Assembly (NCBI GenBank): GCA_002352145.1
Contig: DEHX01000097.1
Coordinates: forward strand, 1 to 48,988
Source: Chitinophagaceae bacterium UBA2789
GTDB lineage: Bacteria > Bacteroidota > Bacteroidia > Chitinophagales > Chitinophagaceae
Reading direction: 5' to 3'
Length of the DNA: 48,988 nt
Positions 38,198-47,214 of this stretch are shown piece after piece. The position numbers and the translations under genes were made by a program. The notes under the pieces were generated by a model, which had not been told where the DNA came from, ran no database searches, and saw only the letters and a list, made by a program, of their open reading frames with translations. How positions within the stretch are numbered: position 1 is the stretch's first letter; each line of letters starts with the position of its first letter.

Positions 38198-38212
38198 TCT
38201 AAAACCGTGCCA
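38198..38212 (-). promoter_or_regulatory. Sigma54-like -24/-12 promoter upstream of the coiled-coil gene
   Basis: TGGCACGGTTTTAGA on -. The -24 heptamer TGGCACG is perfect; TAGA stands in place of TTGC at -12. Confidence 0.45.
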
Positions 38213-38289
38213 GAAAATCCGGCACCTTTTTCACAACCGTGGATTTTTATTGCTATATCCAAGCCTGAAAGCCTGTAATTTAGTGGCTT

Positions 38290-39288
38290 ATGAGTGTGCA
38301 AAAGATATTAGATGATTGGAAAAAGAACTCTTTTAAGCCAATTTACTGGTTGGAAGGGGAAGAGGAGTATTTTATTGACAAGGTCATCGATTATGCAGAA
38401 CATAATATTCTGCCGGAAAGTGAGGCTTCGTTCAATCTCAGTATTTTTTATGGTAAAGATGCAAATTGGGCAGATATCATTAACGCCTGCCGTCGCTATC
38501 CGATGTTTGCAGAAAGACAGGTAGTGTTGCTAAAAGAAGCGCAACAAATGCGTGACATTGAAAAACTGGAAGCGTATGTGGAAAATCCGCTGACGTCAAC
38601 TGTATTTGTGGTTTCTTATAAAGAGAAAAAACTGGATGCCCGAAAGAAATTTGCCAAGCTGGTTAAAGAAAAAGGTGTAATGGTGACCACCAAAAAACTG
38701 TATGATCGTGAGGTACCCGAATGGACACAAAATTTAGTACATTCCAAAGGGTTAACAATTACTCCCATGGGGCTTGCATTGCTGGTGGATCATATTGGTA
38801 ATGATCTGTCAAGGATAGAAAATGAGATTAATAAACTATCAGTAAACCTGAGTAAAAGAACAAATATTACAGAAGATGATATTGAGAACTATATAGGGGT
38901 AAGTAAGGATTATAATGTATTTGAGCTTCAAGCCGCACTGGCGGCAAAAGATCTGGCGAGAAGTATTCGCATTATCCAGTATTTTGAAGCTAACCCCAAG
39001 GCCGGCCCGATTCAACTGGTACTACCTTCTATTTACAGTTTTTTCAGTAAGGTATTTATGATATTTGGTACAGGTACTACTGATGAAAAAACCATTGCTA
39101 CGGCTATTGGAGTGAATCCATACTTTATGAAGGAATATTTGCAGGCCGCCCGTTTATATACTTATCCCGGTGTGGAACGAGCCCTTCTCTTACTGCATAG
39201 CTACAACCTTAAAAGTATAGGAGTGGGCAGTTCGACTACTGAAGACGCAAGTCTGATGAAGGAAATGGTCGTAAAAATGATGGCCTGA
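38290..39288 (+). CDS. holA: DNA polymerase III delta subunit
   Basis: IYWLEGEEEYF, YPMFAERQVVLLKEAQ, GNDLSRIENE and YNVFEL motifs. Confidence 0.95.
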   Translation: MSVQKILDDWKKNSFKPIYWLEGEEEYFIDKVIDYAEHNILPESEASFNLSIFYGKDANWADIINACRRYPMFAERQVVLLKEAQQMRDIEKLEAYVENPLTSTVFVVSYKEKKLDARKKFAKLVKEKGVMVTTKKLYDREVPEWTQNLVHSKGLTITPMGLALLVDHIGNDLSRIENEINKLSVNLSKRTNITEDDIENYIGVSKDYNVFELQAALAAKDLARSIRIIQYFEANPKAGPIQLVLPSIYSFFSKVFMIFGTGTTDEKTIATAIGVNPYFMKEYLQAARLYTYPGVERALLLLHSYNLKSIGVGSSTTEDASLMKEMVVKMMA

Positions 39289-39405
39289 ACAATTTGTGAC
39301 CTACCACCAAAAGCCCTTTCTTTGTGCAACTTTTCAAATTTAACGTACATCTTCTTGAACAAATACTAAAAACATTTGAATTCAATAAGCAATAAAAAAC
39401 AAATC

Positions 39406-40161
39406 ATGAAAAAATTACTCTTCTCCTTTTTTGCTTTTACTTTTTTACTTGCCGGCTGCCTTGAAACAACACAGGAAATTACCATCAATGAGGACGGAAG
39501 CGGCACGGTTGTAAACACCAATGATTTTAGTGCTCTCATTGGTCTGGCCAAACAAATGGGCGGAGCTGGAGATCTTGAAAAAGCAGGTGACATGGCCAAG
39601 GATACCGTTATTTCCATGGCACAGGGTGCTGATAGCATTCCTAACCTGACTCCTGAAGAGAAGGAAATACTGCGCAAAGGATCCCTGAGAGTGAACATGA
39701 ATATTAAGGATGAAAAATTCCTAACCAGCCTCTCTCTTCCTTTTAGCAAGCCCTCAGACATTACAATGATCAGCAAGCTTTCTGGTAAAGCCATGTCTGA
39801 AGCGATGAAGGAACAAATGGCCGATGGCTCACCGGTGGGTGGTAATAATGAAATACCTGAAACAAGCAGTTTCGATGATTATTATAAATATGAGTTCTCC
39901 GAAGGTGAACTTACCCGTAAATTGGATAAGGATAAATATGCAGGAGTAGAGAGTGATGAGTTTCTGAAGGGGATGAAGGAAGCATCGGCTATGGGTCTTT
40001 CCATGAAAGCAACCTATGTGATTAACCTGCCAAGACCGGCTCAAAAAGCTGAAGGGAAAGGTGTGAAATTATCGGATGACAAAAAGAAGGTAACAATTAC
40101 TGCTGACCTTGATGATTTTTTTGCAGATCCTTCAAAACTGGAATATAAAATCAAATACTAG
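39406..40161 (+). CDS. Lipoprotein of unknown function (LppM-like N-terminal pattern)
   Basis: Start moved to ATG 39406. Lipobox LAGC followed by LETTQEITINEDGSG. Confidence 0.8.
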   Translation: MKKLLFSFFAFTFLLAGCLETTQEITINEDGSGTVVNTNDFSALIGLAKQMGGAGDLEKAGDMAKDTVISMAQGADSIPNLTPEEKEILRKGSLRVNMNIKDEKFLTSLSLPFSKPSDITMISKLSGKAMSEAMKEQMADGSPVGGNNEIPETSSFDDYYKYEFSEGELTRKLDKDKYAGVESDEFLKGMKEASAMGLSMKATYVINLPRPAQKAEGKGVKLSDDKKKVTITADLDDFFADPSKLEYKIKY

Positions 40162-40179
40162 TATAGAAAAAATATAAAG

Positions 40180-40215
40180 TAAGAAAAGGCAACTCTGAAA
40201 GGTTGCCTTTTCTTA
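40180..40215. terminator. Bidirectional intrinsic terminator
   Basis: 14-bp perfect stem TAAGAAAAGGCAAC/GTTGCCTTTTCTTA. Confidence 0.85.
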
Positions 40216-40222
40216 TATCCTT

Positions 40223-41152
40223 TTACAGTACTTTCAAACTGTTAATCTTGTCCTGGTCAATTTGGTTTACCAGTGCTTCGAGGCTATCATACTTTACTTC
40301 TTCTCTTAAAAACGATTTAACATATACCTTCAGCGTTTGCCCGTAAATTTCTTTATCAAAATCAAACAGGTTAACCTCAACTACTCTTTTTTTACCATCA
40401 ACCGTAGGGCGGAACCCGATACTCATCATGCCTTTTAGCGTTTGTGCAGTTTCTTCGGATTTTGCGTATACAGCATAAATGCCATTTCCAGGTATTATTT
40501 TTTCCTCATTTTGAATTCTCAGATTAGCCGTTGGATATCCCAGTTTACGTCCCAATTTATCACCATGCACTACCTCTCCGGAAAAAAAGAACTCATACCC
40601 CAGTAACCTGTTGGCTGTAGTGATATCGCTGTGCAGAATGGCCTCTCTGATATTGGTGGAACTTATGGAAATGTTCTCCAGGATATGTTTGGGAATCTCT
40701 TTCAATTTATAATCAAAGATGTTGGCCATTTTTTCCAGCAAGCGATAATCTCCCAGCCGGTCCCTGCCAAACCGGTGATCATAACCAATAATAATAGTGC
40801 TGGGATGAAACTTGTCAATAAGGAAGTTTTTTACATAATCCTCTGCAGGCTGGTTGGCAAAAGCATCTGTAAAGGGAACAATTACAAGGTGGTCGATGCC
40901 CAACCCTTCCAGCAGTTCAATTCTTTCTTCTAGGGTATTAATTAAACGGATACCTAAGATAGCAGACGATACAACTTTTCTGGGATGGGGGTGAAAGGTG
41001 ATAATAACGGTTTCGCCATTAATGGCTTTTGCTTCTGACTTCAGTTTATCGATTATCTGCCTGTGTCCCATATGTACACCGTCAAAAGTGCCGATGGTAA
41101 TAACTGCGTTTTGAAAAAGCGGAAGTTGCTCTATATCACGATGTATTTTCAT
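40223..41152 (-). CDS. ribF: Bifunctional riboflavin kinase/FAD synthetase
   Basis: GTFDGVHMGH, IGYDHRFG, ISSTNIR, GYPTAN and EVNLFDF motifs. Start moved to ATG 41152. TAGTTTTG box at 41171-41164 on -. Confidence 0.96.
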   Translation of the reverse strand: MKIHRDIEQLPLFQNAVITIGTFDGVHMGHRQIIDKLKSEAKAINGETVIITFHPHPRKVVSSAILGIRLINTLEERIELLEGLGIDHLVIVPFTDAFANQPAEDYVKNFLIDKFHPSTIIIGYDHRFGRDRLGDYRLLEKMANIFDYKLKEIPKHILENISISSTNIREAILHSDITTANRLLGYEFFFSGEVVHGDKLGRKLGYPTANLRIQNEEKIIPGNGIYAVYAKSEETAQTLKGMMSIGFRPTVDGKKRVVEVNLFDFDKEIYGQTLKVYVKSFLREEVKYDSLEALVNQIDQDKINSLKVL

Positions 41153-41233
41153 AATTGAGTGGGCAAAACTACTTGATAAATTGGTAACTGCGTATTGGGA
41201 TTTGAACATTAGATTTGCCGGGTATTTACAATT

Positions 41234-42403
41234 ATGAGTTTATATAGTAAAAGAGGGGTTTCTGCACAGAAAGAAGAGGTGCATGAGGCTACCAAAAAGT
41301 TAGACAAAGGCCTTTTCCCCAAAGCTTTTTGTAAAATTTATCCCGATGTTTTATGTGGAGATGATGCATGGGTGAATGTAATGCATGCTGATGGGGCTGG
41401 CACCAAGAGTATTCTGGCTTACCTGTATTGGAAAGAAACTGGTGATATTTCAGTATGGAAAGGCATTGCACAGGATGCTATTGTGATGAACCTGGATGAC
41501 CTTCTTTGCGTGGGCATTTTTGACAACATCCTTTTTTCTTCAACTATAGACAGGAATAAGAATGTTATACCGGCAGAGGTATTGGAAGCAGTGATCAACG
41601 GTACGCAGGATTTTTTCAATACCATGAAGGATTTTGGTGTAAACATCAGCTTTATGGGCGGCGAAACTGCTGATGTAGGTGATGTGGTACGTACTATTGC
41701 TGTTAACGGAACAATGACGGCAAGATGGCCGAAAGATAAATTGATCACCAATGAGAAAATTAAGCCCGGCAATGTGATTGTGGGCCTGGCAGGCTTTGGT
41801 AAGGCTAATTACGAATCTTCCTATAACAGTGGTATCGCCAGTAACGGGCTTACCAGTGCAAGGCATGATGTATTACATAAAACATATGGAGCCCGGTTTC
41901 CAGAGAGCTATGACACCTCGCTGGACGAATCAGTAGTTTATATTGGTCAGAACAGAGTGACAGATATGGTGAAGGATGATAACCAGTCATTTGAAGCAGG
42001 CAGGTTGCTCTTAAGCCCTACCCGGACATTTGCGCCAGTCATGAAAAAATTGCTTGAAGATCATTTTGAAACCATTAACGGGTTGGTTCATTGCAGCGGT
42101 GGCGGACAAACCAAATGCCTGAAATATGTGCCGGAGAATGTTCGTATAGTAAAAGATAATTTATTTGCTCCGCCGGTAATTTTCAGATTGATACAAGAAG
42201 CCAGCAAAGCTGATGACCGGGAAATGTACCAGGTATTTAATATGGGTACCAGGCTGGAAATTTATACCAATGAAGGAAACGCTGACTCGATTATCAGTGT
42301 CTCAAAATCTTTTGGTGTGGATGCACAGGTAATTGGAAGGGTGGAAAAAGCAGAACAAAAACAACTGTTTATAAAAACAGCCTCATCAGAACTAATTTAT
42401 TAA
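41234..42403 (+). CDS. purM: AIR synthase (Bacteroidota-type PurM)
   Basis: MHADGAGTK, MNLDDL, GGETADVGD, SNGLTSARH, HCSGGG and FNMG motifs. TAGATTTG box at 41210-41217. Confidence 0.9.
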   Translation: MSLYSKRGVSAQKEEVHEATKKLDKGLFPKAFCKIYPDVLCGDDAWVNVMHADGAGTKSILAYLYWKETGDISVWKGIAQDAIVMNLDDLLCVGIFDNILFSSTIDRNKNVIPAEVLEAVINGTQDFFNTMKDFGVNISFMGGETADVGDVVRTIAVNGTMTARWPKDKLITNEKIKPGNVIVGLAGFGKANYESSYNSGIASNGLTSARHDVLHKTYGARFPESYDTSLDESVVYIGQNRVTDMVKDDNQSFEAGRLLLSPTRTFAPVMKKLLEDHFETINGLVHCSGGGQTKCLKYVPENVRIVKDNLFAPPVIFRLIQEASKADDREMYQVFNMGTRLEIYTNEGNADSIISVSKSFGVDAQVIGRVEKAEQKQLFIKTASSELIY

Positions 42404-42945
42404 TCCTGCTTCTTGTTTTTCTTCGTTTTTTTCTCACTGATAACCATAAAGGTTACAGGTTGCTTTCTGTAGGCTTTTACAAGTCTGCCGTCCTGAATAG
42501 CAGGTGACCATTTTGGGCCCTTTTTTATGACACGGACAACCTCAGCTTCCATGCCATAACCATGATTGGTCAATGCTTTTACATCTGAAATATTTCCCTC
42601 TTTATCTACAATAAACTGAACTACTACTGTGTAAGTGCCCTCGGGTGCACCATTTTTTGTGGGTGTTGAGCCATCAAGGTTTCTTTCTAAATACCTTCTC
42701 CAAATGGCATCACCACCTGGAAAACTGGCTTCAATCTCCACCCGTTCAAATACTTTTTCAGCACTATTGTCCGGAGTGCCAGATGTATCCGTTTTTCCAT
42801 TGACGTCTGTCAGAGTATTTGAATCTATTAGTGAATAGGTAAACATCATAGGGATGCTTGATTTATTGGTATCTGTATTAGCTTGCCCTAATGCTTTGGT
42901 AGTAGTACATGCTACAAAAACAGCTATGCTTAAAAAGTGGTTCAT
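42400..42945 (-). CDS. TonB C-terminal domain protein with cleavable signal peptide
   Basis: Signal ending ALG-Q. ASFPGG, VVVQFIVDKEGNISDV and KWSPAIQDG..VKAYRKQPVTF motifs. Confidence 0.85.
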   Translation of the reverse strand: MNHFLSIAVFVACTTTKALGQANTDTNKSSIPMMFTYSLIDSNTLTDVNGKTDTSGTPDNSAEKVFERVEIEASFPGGDAIWRRYLERNLDGSTPTKNGAPEGTYTVVVQFIVDKEGNISDVKALTNHGYGMEAEVVRVIKKGPKWSPAIQDGRLVKAYRKQPVTFMVISEKKTKKNKKQD

Positions 42946-43051
42946 TAAATTGTAATTGGTTATTTATGGCAGTAAATATCTGCAAAATTGATTTACAGGC
43001 ATTCTTTTTCTTACTTTGTACACAACATTTTTTCGGAATATATTTACACCT

Positions 43052-44017
43052 ATGCAATCCTTCGAACTGCTATCCAGGAAATTTGCTCTTCATTTTGAGC
43101 AGCAGCATTTCCCTGCTGAGCCTGCCAGCCTGTATCAACCTAATGAATATTTTTTAAAATTAGGTGGCAAACGAATCCGCCCGGTGCTGTGTTTGATGGG
43201 CAACGAATTGTTTGATGATATAAAAACTGATGCGTGGGAGGTGGGCTCGGCTATTGAGTTGTTTCACAATTTTACCCTGATACATGATGATATAATGGAT
43301 AAAGCTCCTTTGAGAAGGGGAATGGAAACAATTCATGCAAAATATGGGGAGAATGTCGCCCTGCTGGCCGGTGATGTGATGCTGGTGAAAGCTTACCAGC
43401 AACTGGAAAAGGTTCAACTGGAGTTTCAGCATCCTATACTTCATTTGTTTAATAAAACAGCTGCTGAAGTTTGTGAAGGCCAGCAATGGGATATGGATTT
43501 TGAGAAAAAAGAAACAGTAAAACTGGATGATTACCTGCGTATGATTGAACTAAAAACTTCTGTATTATTAGCAGCCAGTCTTAAGATGGGGGCCATATTA
43601 GGTGGGGCAGGAGAAAGAAATCAAAACCTGCTGTATGAGTTTGGAAAAAAACTGGGTATCGCTTTCCAGGTACAGGATGATTATCTCGATGCTTTTGGTG
43701 ACCCTCAAAAATTTGGTAAACAGGTTGGAGGTGATATACTAGCCAATAAAAAAACATTCTTGCTGATACATGCTTTTGAGACTGTAAATGATCCGCAGAA
43801 AGATGAACTAAATGAATTGCTCGCAGCAAATGCCCCAGATAAGGTGGAAAAGATATTAAAGATTTTCAGGGATTGTAAAGTGGATGAATGGGCACTGGAG
43901 TTAAAGAACAAATACCTGGATGAAGCATTTTCACATCTCGAAGATATTGCTGTAGTTTCAAAAAGAAAACAACCGCTGAAGGAATTGGGGCAGTTCCTGG
44001 TAAAAAGGGAACATTAA
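43052..44017 (+). CDS. Polyprenyl diphosphate synthase (IspA/GGPPS-like)
   Basis: GGKRIRP, first DDxxD (HDDIMD), second (QDDYLD) and KTS motifs. Start moved to ATG 43052. Confidence 0.93.
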   Translation: MQSFELLSRKFALHFEQQHFPAEPASLYQPNEYFLKLGGKRIRPVLCLMGNELFDDIKTDAWEVGSAIELFHNFTLIHDDIMDKAPLRRGMETIHAKYGENVALLAGDVMLVKAYQQLEKVQLEFQHPILHLFNKTAAEVCEGQQWDMDFEKKETVKLDDYLRMIELKTSVLLAASLKMGAILGGAGERNQNLLYEFGKKLGIAFQVQDDYLDAFGDPQKFGKQVGGDILANKKTFLLIHAFETVNDPQKDELNELLAANAPDKVEKILKIFRDCKVDEWALELKNKYLDEAFSHLEDIAVVSKRKQPLKELGQFLVKREH

Positions 44018-44086
44018 GTTTGTTTACAATAACCTGTAACTGCTTTCAATTTTTTCCTATTTTGAAGCATCAAAACCAACTGAAGA

Positions 44087-45727
44087 ATGTTAAATCAACT
44101 TTTCCGTAAGAAATCTATAGCCAAAATTCTGCATGAAGCAGAGGCCGGCCTGGGCGACGGGCACTCTACAGGTTTAAAGAAAGTGTTAGGGGTTAGAGAC
44201 CTGACTTTCTTTGGAGTAGCGGCCATAATAGGCGCAGGTATTTTCAGTGGTATTGGCTCCGCTGCTTCCAGCGGTGGGCCGGGGGTCGTGTTTCTCTACA
44301 TTTTTACGGCCATTGCCTGCGGCTTTGCAGCACTGTGTTATGCTGAGTTTGCGTCCACTGTTCCCGTTTCCGGTAGCGCCTACACTTACTCTTATGTTGC
44401 TTTTGGTGAAATTTTCGCATGGATCATTGGGTGGGATTTATTAATGGAATATGCCATAGGTAATATTGCTGTTGCCATTTCCTGGAGTGATTATTTTACC
44501 CGCCTGCTTCACTCTGCCGGAATGCATATTCCGGACTGGATGACGATGGATTACATGACTGCCAAAGCAGGTGCAACGGCTGAAGCGGTATCTGCCTGGA
44601 CAAATGCACCTAATTTATTTGGTTTAAAGATAGTAATGGATATTCCTGCATTACTGATTGTGGCACTTATAACTTATATCGTTTTTGTTGGTATTAAGGA
44701 GTCCCGTTCTGCCAGTAACGTTATGGTTATTATAAAGCTGGCAGTAATCTTCTTTGTTATTGTACTTGGTTCTGTCTATGTTAATCCTGGTAACTGGTCA
44801 CCGTTTACTCCCGAAGGCTTTGGAGGGATAATGAAAGGTGTTTCTGCTGTATTCTTTGCTTACATTGGTTTTGATGCAATTTCTACCACGGCAGAGGAGT
44901 GTAAGAACCCGCAAAGAGACCTTCCAAAGGGTATGATCAATTCTTTGATAATTTGTACAGTAGTATATGTTTTATTGGCTTTGGTGCTTACCGGAATGGT
45001 AAACTATAAGTCATTAAATGTTGGCGATCCCCTGGCAATGGTCTTTGATGCAAAAGGTCTGAAATTTATTTCCGGGGTTGTTGCTGTAAGTGCCATCATC
45101 GCTACTGCCAGTGTATTATTAGTCTTTCAGTTGGGACAACCCAGAATTTGGATGAGTATGAGCCGTGATGGCCTTTTGCCCAAAATTTTCTCCCGCATTC
45201 ATCCCAGGCACGGTACTCCTTCTTTTTCTACGATCCTCACAGGTATAGTAGTGGCAGTTCCTGCCTTATTTCTGAACCTTGGAGAAGTGCTATCACTGAC
45301 AAGTATCGGTACTTTGTTTGCATTTGTGCTGGTATGCGGAGGTGTTCTGGCGTTAGAACAGCAAAAGGACAGGCCTGAAAGCAAGTTTAAAGTACCATAT
45401 ATCAATTCTCAGTTTATATACCCTGTACTTTTATTGGCAGGAATAATCCTGATATGGGTAAATGTTCCCAGCCATTTTACAGAGGATATCTGGACAAAAG
45501 ATACCTGGCCAATGGTTGTTTTTTGGCTCATTGCAATTATTATGGCCGTGATGGCCTTTGTTAAGCGATTTTCGTTGATCCCGATTTTGGGTATGATGAG
45601 TTGTTTTTACCTGATGGCCCAGGAAACACATAAGGTCTGGATGCGGTTCCTTATCTGGCTGGCTATAGGCTTATGTGTTTATTTCCTGTATAGTTACAGA
45701 AATAGCAAGCTGGCAAAGGGAAAATAA
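44087..45727 (+). CDS. APC family amino acid permease
   Basis: IIGAGIF, GSAYTY, FFAYIGFD and MSRDGLLP motifs, with about 14 TM segments. Confidence 0.93.
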   Translation: MLNQLFRKKSIAKILHEAEAGLGDGHSTGLKKVLGVRDLTFFGVAAIIGAGIFSGIGSAASSGGPGVVFLYIFTAIACGFAALCYAEFASTVPVSGSAYTYSYVAFGEIFAWIIGWDLLMEYAIGNIAVAISWSDYFTRLLHSAGMHIPDWMTMDYMTAKAGATAEAVSAWTNAPNLFGLKIVMDIPALLIVALITYIVFVGIKESRSASNVMVIIKLAVIFFVIVLGSVYVNPGNWSPFTPEGFGGIMKGVSAVFFAYIGFDAISTTAEECKNPQRDLPKGMINSLIICTVVYVLLALVLTGMVNYKSLNVGDPLAMVFDAKGLKFISGVVAVSAIIATASVLLVFQLGQPRIWMSMSRDGLLPKIFSRIHPRHGTPSFSTILTGIVVAVPALFLNLGEVLSLTSIGTLFAFVLVCGGVLALEQQKDRPESKFKVPYINSQFIYPVLLLAGIILIWVNVPSHFTEDIWTKDTWPMVVFWLIAIIMAVMAFVKRFSLIPILGMMSCFYLMAQETHKVWMRFLIWLAIGLCVYFLYSYRNSKLAKGK

Positions 45728-45749
45728 TGTCTCACTATTTCATTTATAG

Positions 45750-45777
45750 AATGGCACAGTGAAGAAGCTGTGCCATT
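45750..45777 (+). terminator. Hairpin after the permease gene, probable terminator
   Basis: AATGGCACAG-tgaagaag-CTGTGCCATT followed by a T-rich tract. Confidence 0.5.
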
Positions 45778-45791
45778 TGTATTTTTGCAAT

Positions 45792-46811
45792 ATGAAATAC
45801 CAGATCGGCGATATTGTGTTGATTTTACATTCCAATGAGGAGGCGGAAGTAGTGGACATCATCAATGATAAAATGCTGATGGTAGATGTGAAAGGGGTAT
45901 CTTTTCCGGTGTATAAAGACCAGGTTGATTTTCCTTATTTCAAGCGATTTACAGAAAAGAAACCTGTATCTGCCAAAAAGGAAAGGACATATATAGATGA
46001 TGTGCGAAAAGAAAAAAGACAGGAGCAAAACAGGGTAGAAGATGGAGTATGGCTGACGTTTTTACCGGTAATGGATATCGATGAATTCGGAGATGTGATC
46101 GTTGAGGAACTGAAACTTCACCTGGTTAATCATACATCATTACCTTATAATTTTATTTATAAGCTGCATTTCTTTGGTAAGCCCGATTTTGAGCTAAAAA
46201 ATACAGTACAACCATTTGAAGATTTTTACCTGCATGATATTCCCTTTGAAGATTTGAACGATAGTCCTGCTTTTGATTTTGAGTTTTCATTGTTAATACC
46301 TGATAAGAAAAAAGCAGGTCACTTTGAAGCATCAGTTAAATTAAAGCCAAAGCAACTCTTTGCCAAAATTGAAGAGTTAAAGCAAAAGAACCTTGCTACC
46401 TTCTCCCAGCTTTTGTTTGAAAAATATCCGGATAAAGCTGTGGAAGATGTTGTGGAGATGGGACGTATGGCGGCAAAAGGCTATAAAGTTTATGATGCCT
46501 CAAAGGCCCGGCAGCATTTAGAATCTCCCCGCAGTGTAATTGATTTGCATATAGAAAAACTTACCGATGACTGGAAGCATATGAGTAATTATGAAATACT
46601 CAGCCTGCAATTGAAAACATTTGAAAAATATTATCATCTTTCAGTTATACATCATCAACCTTCACTAATAGTCATACATGGAGTAGGAGAAGGGGTGCTT
46701 CGGGATGAGATTCATGATATATTAAGGCTTAAAAAAGAGGTCAAATCATTTGTGAATCAGTTTCATCCGGCTTACGGATACGGAGCCACTGAAATATTCT
46801 TTCAATACTGA
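45792..46811 (+). CDS. Smr/MutS2 C-terminal domain protein (Bacteroidota DUF2027-Smr type)
   Basis: C-terminal IDLH...VIHGVGEGVLR...YGYGAT Smr motifs. Start moved to ATG 45792. Confidence 0.88.
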   Translation: MKYQIGDIVLILHSNEEAEVVDIINDKMLMVDVKGVSFPVYKDQVDFPYFKRFTEKKPVSAKKERTYIDDVRKEKRQEQNRVEDGVWLTFLPVMDIDEFGDVIVEELKLHLVNHTSLPYNFIYKLHFFGKPDFELKNTVQPFEDFYLHDIPFEDLNDSPAFDFEFSLLIPDKKKAGHFEASVKLKPKQLFAKIEELKQKNLATFSQLLFEKYPDKAVEDVVEMGRMAAKGYKVYDASKARQHLESPRSVIDLHIEKLTDDWKHMSNYEILSLQLKTFEKYYHLSVIHHQPSLIVIHGVGEGVLRDEIHDILRLKKEVKSFVNQFHPAYGYGATEIFFQY

Positions 46812-46835
46812 GTTTTGCAGGCTAATTTTACCCTT

Positions 46836-47210
46836 GCTACAAGCCAGGCTATCGCTTCTCCGATTCCAGGAGAGGAGGAAAGTCCGGACAGCACAGAGCA
46901 ATGCACCGGTGAATAGCCGGGCTCCGGGAAACCGGTGACAGACAGTGCCACAGAAAATAACCTCACCCCTCAACCCATTTCTGCATCTGGAGTGGGTTGA
47001 GGGGTGAAAGGGTGAAAATGTGAGGTAAGAGCTCACAGCTTTTGATGGCAACATCAATTGCGGGTAAACCTTGCATGCTGAAATGCCACGTATAGGATCG
47101 TTTGAGAACTGCTCGTTCAAGATCCAGGGTAGGCAGATTGATCCTGCAAAGTAATTTGCGGGACAGATAAATGATAGCCCAAGACAGAATCCGGCTTACA
47201 GGCTTGTAGC
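46836..47210 (+). ncRNA. rnpB: RNase P RNA, class A
   Basis: P1 GCTACAAGCC/GGCTTGTAGC, GAGGAAAGTCC, AGTGCCACAGAAAA, GGTAAAC and ACAGAATCCGGCTTA universal segments. Confidence 0.96.
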
Positions 47211-47214
47211 TTTT

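Noticed and set aside
39366-39794. 142-aa minus-strand ORF
   Set aside because: It is antisense to a clear lipoprotein gene and has no recognisable motif.
46963-47007. Strong 16-bp hairpin (TCACCCCTCAACCCAT/GTGGGTTGAGGGGTGA) as a MITE or REP element
   Set aside because: It sits at the position of the variable P12 helix of RNase P RNA and has no second copy in the window.
46746-47120. 124-aa minus-strand ORF
   Set aside because: It is antisense to rnpB and shows no protein-like features.
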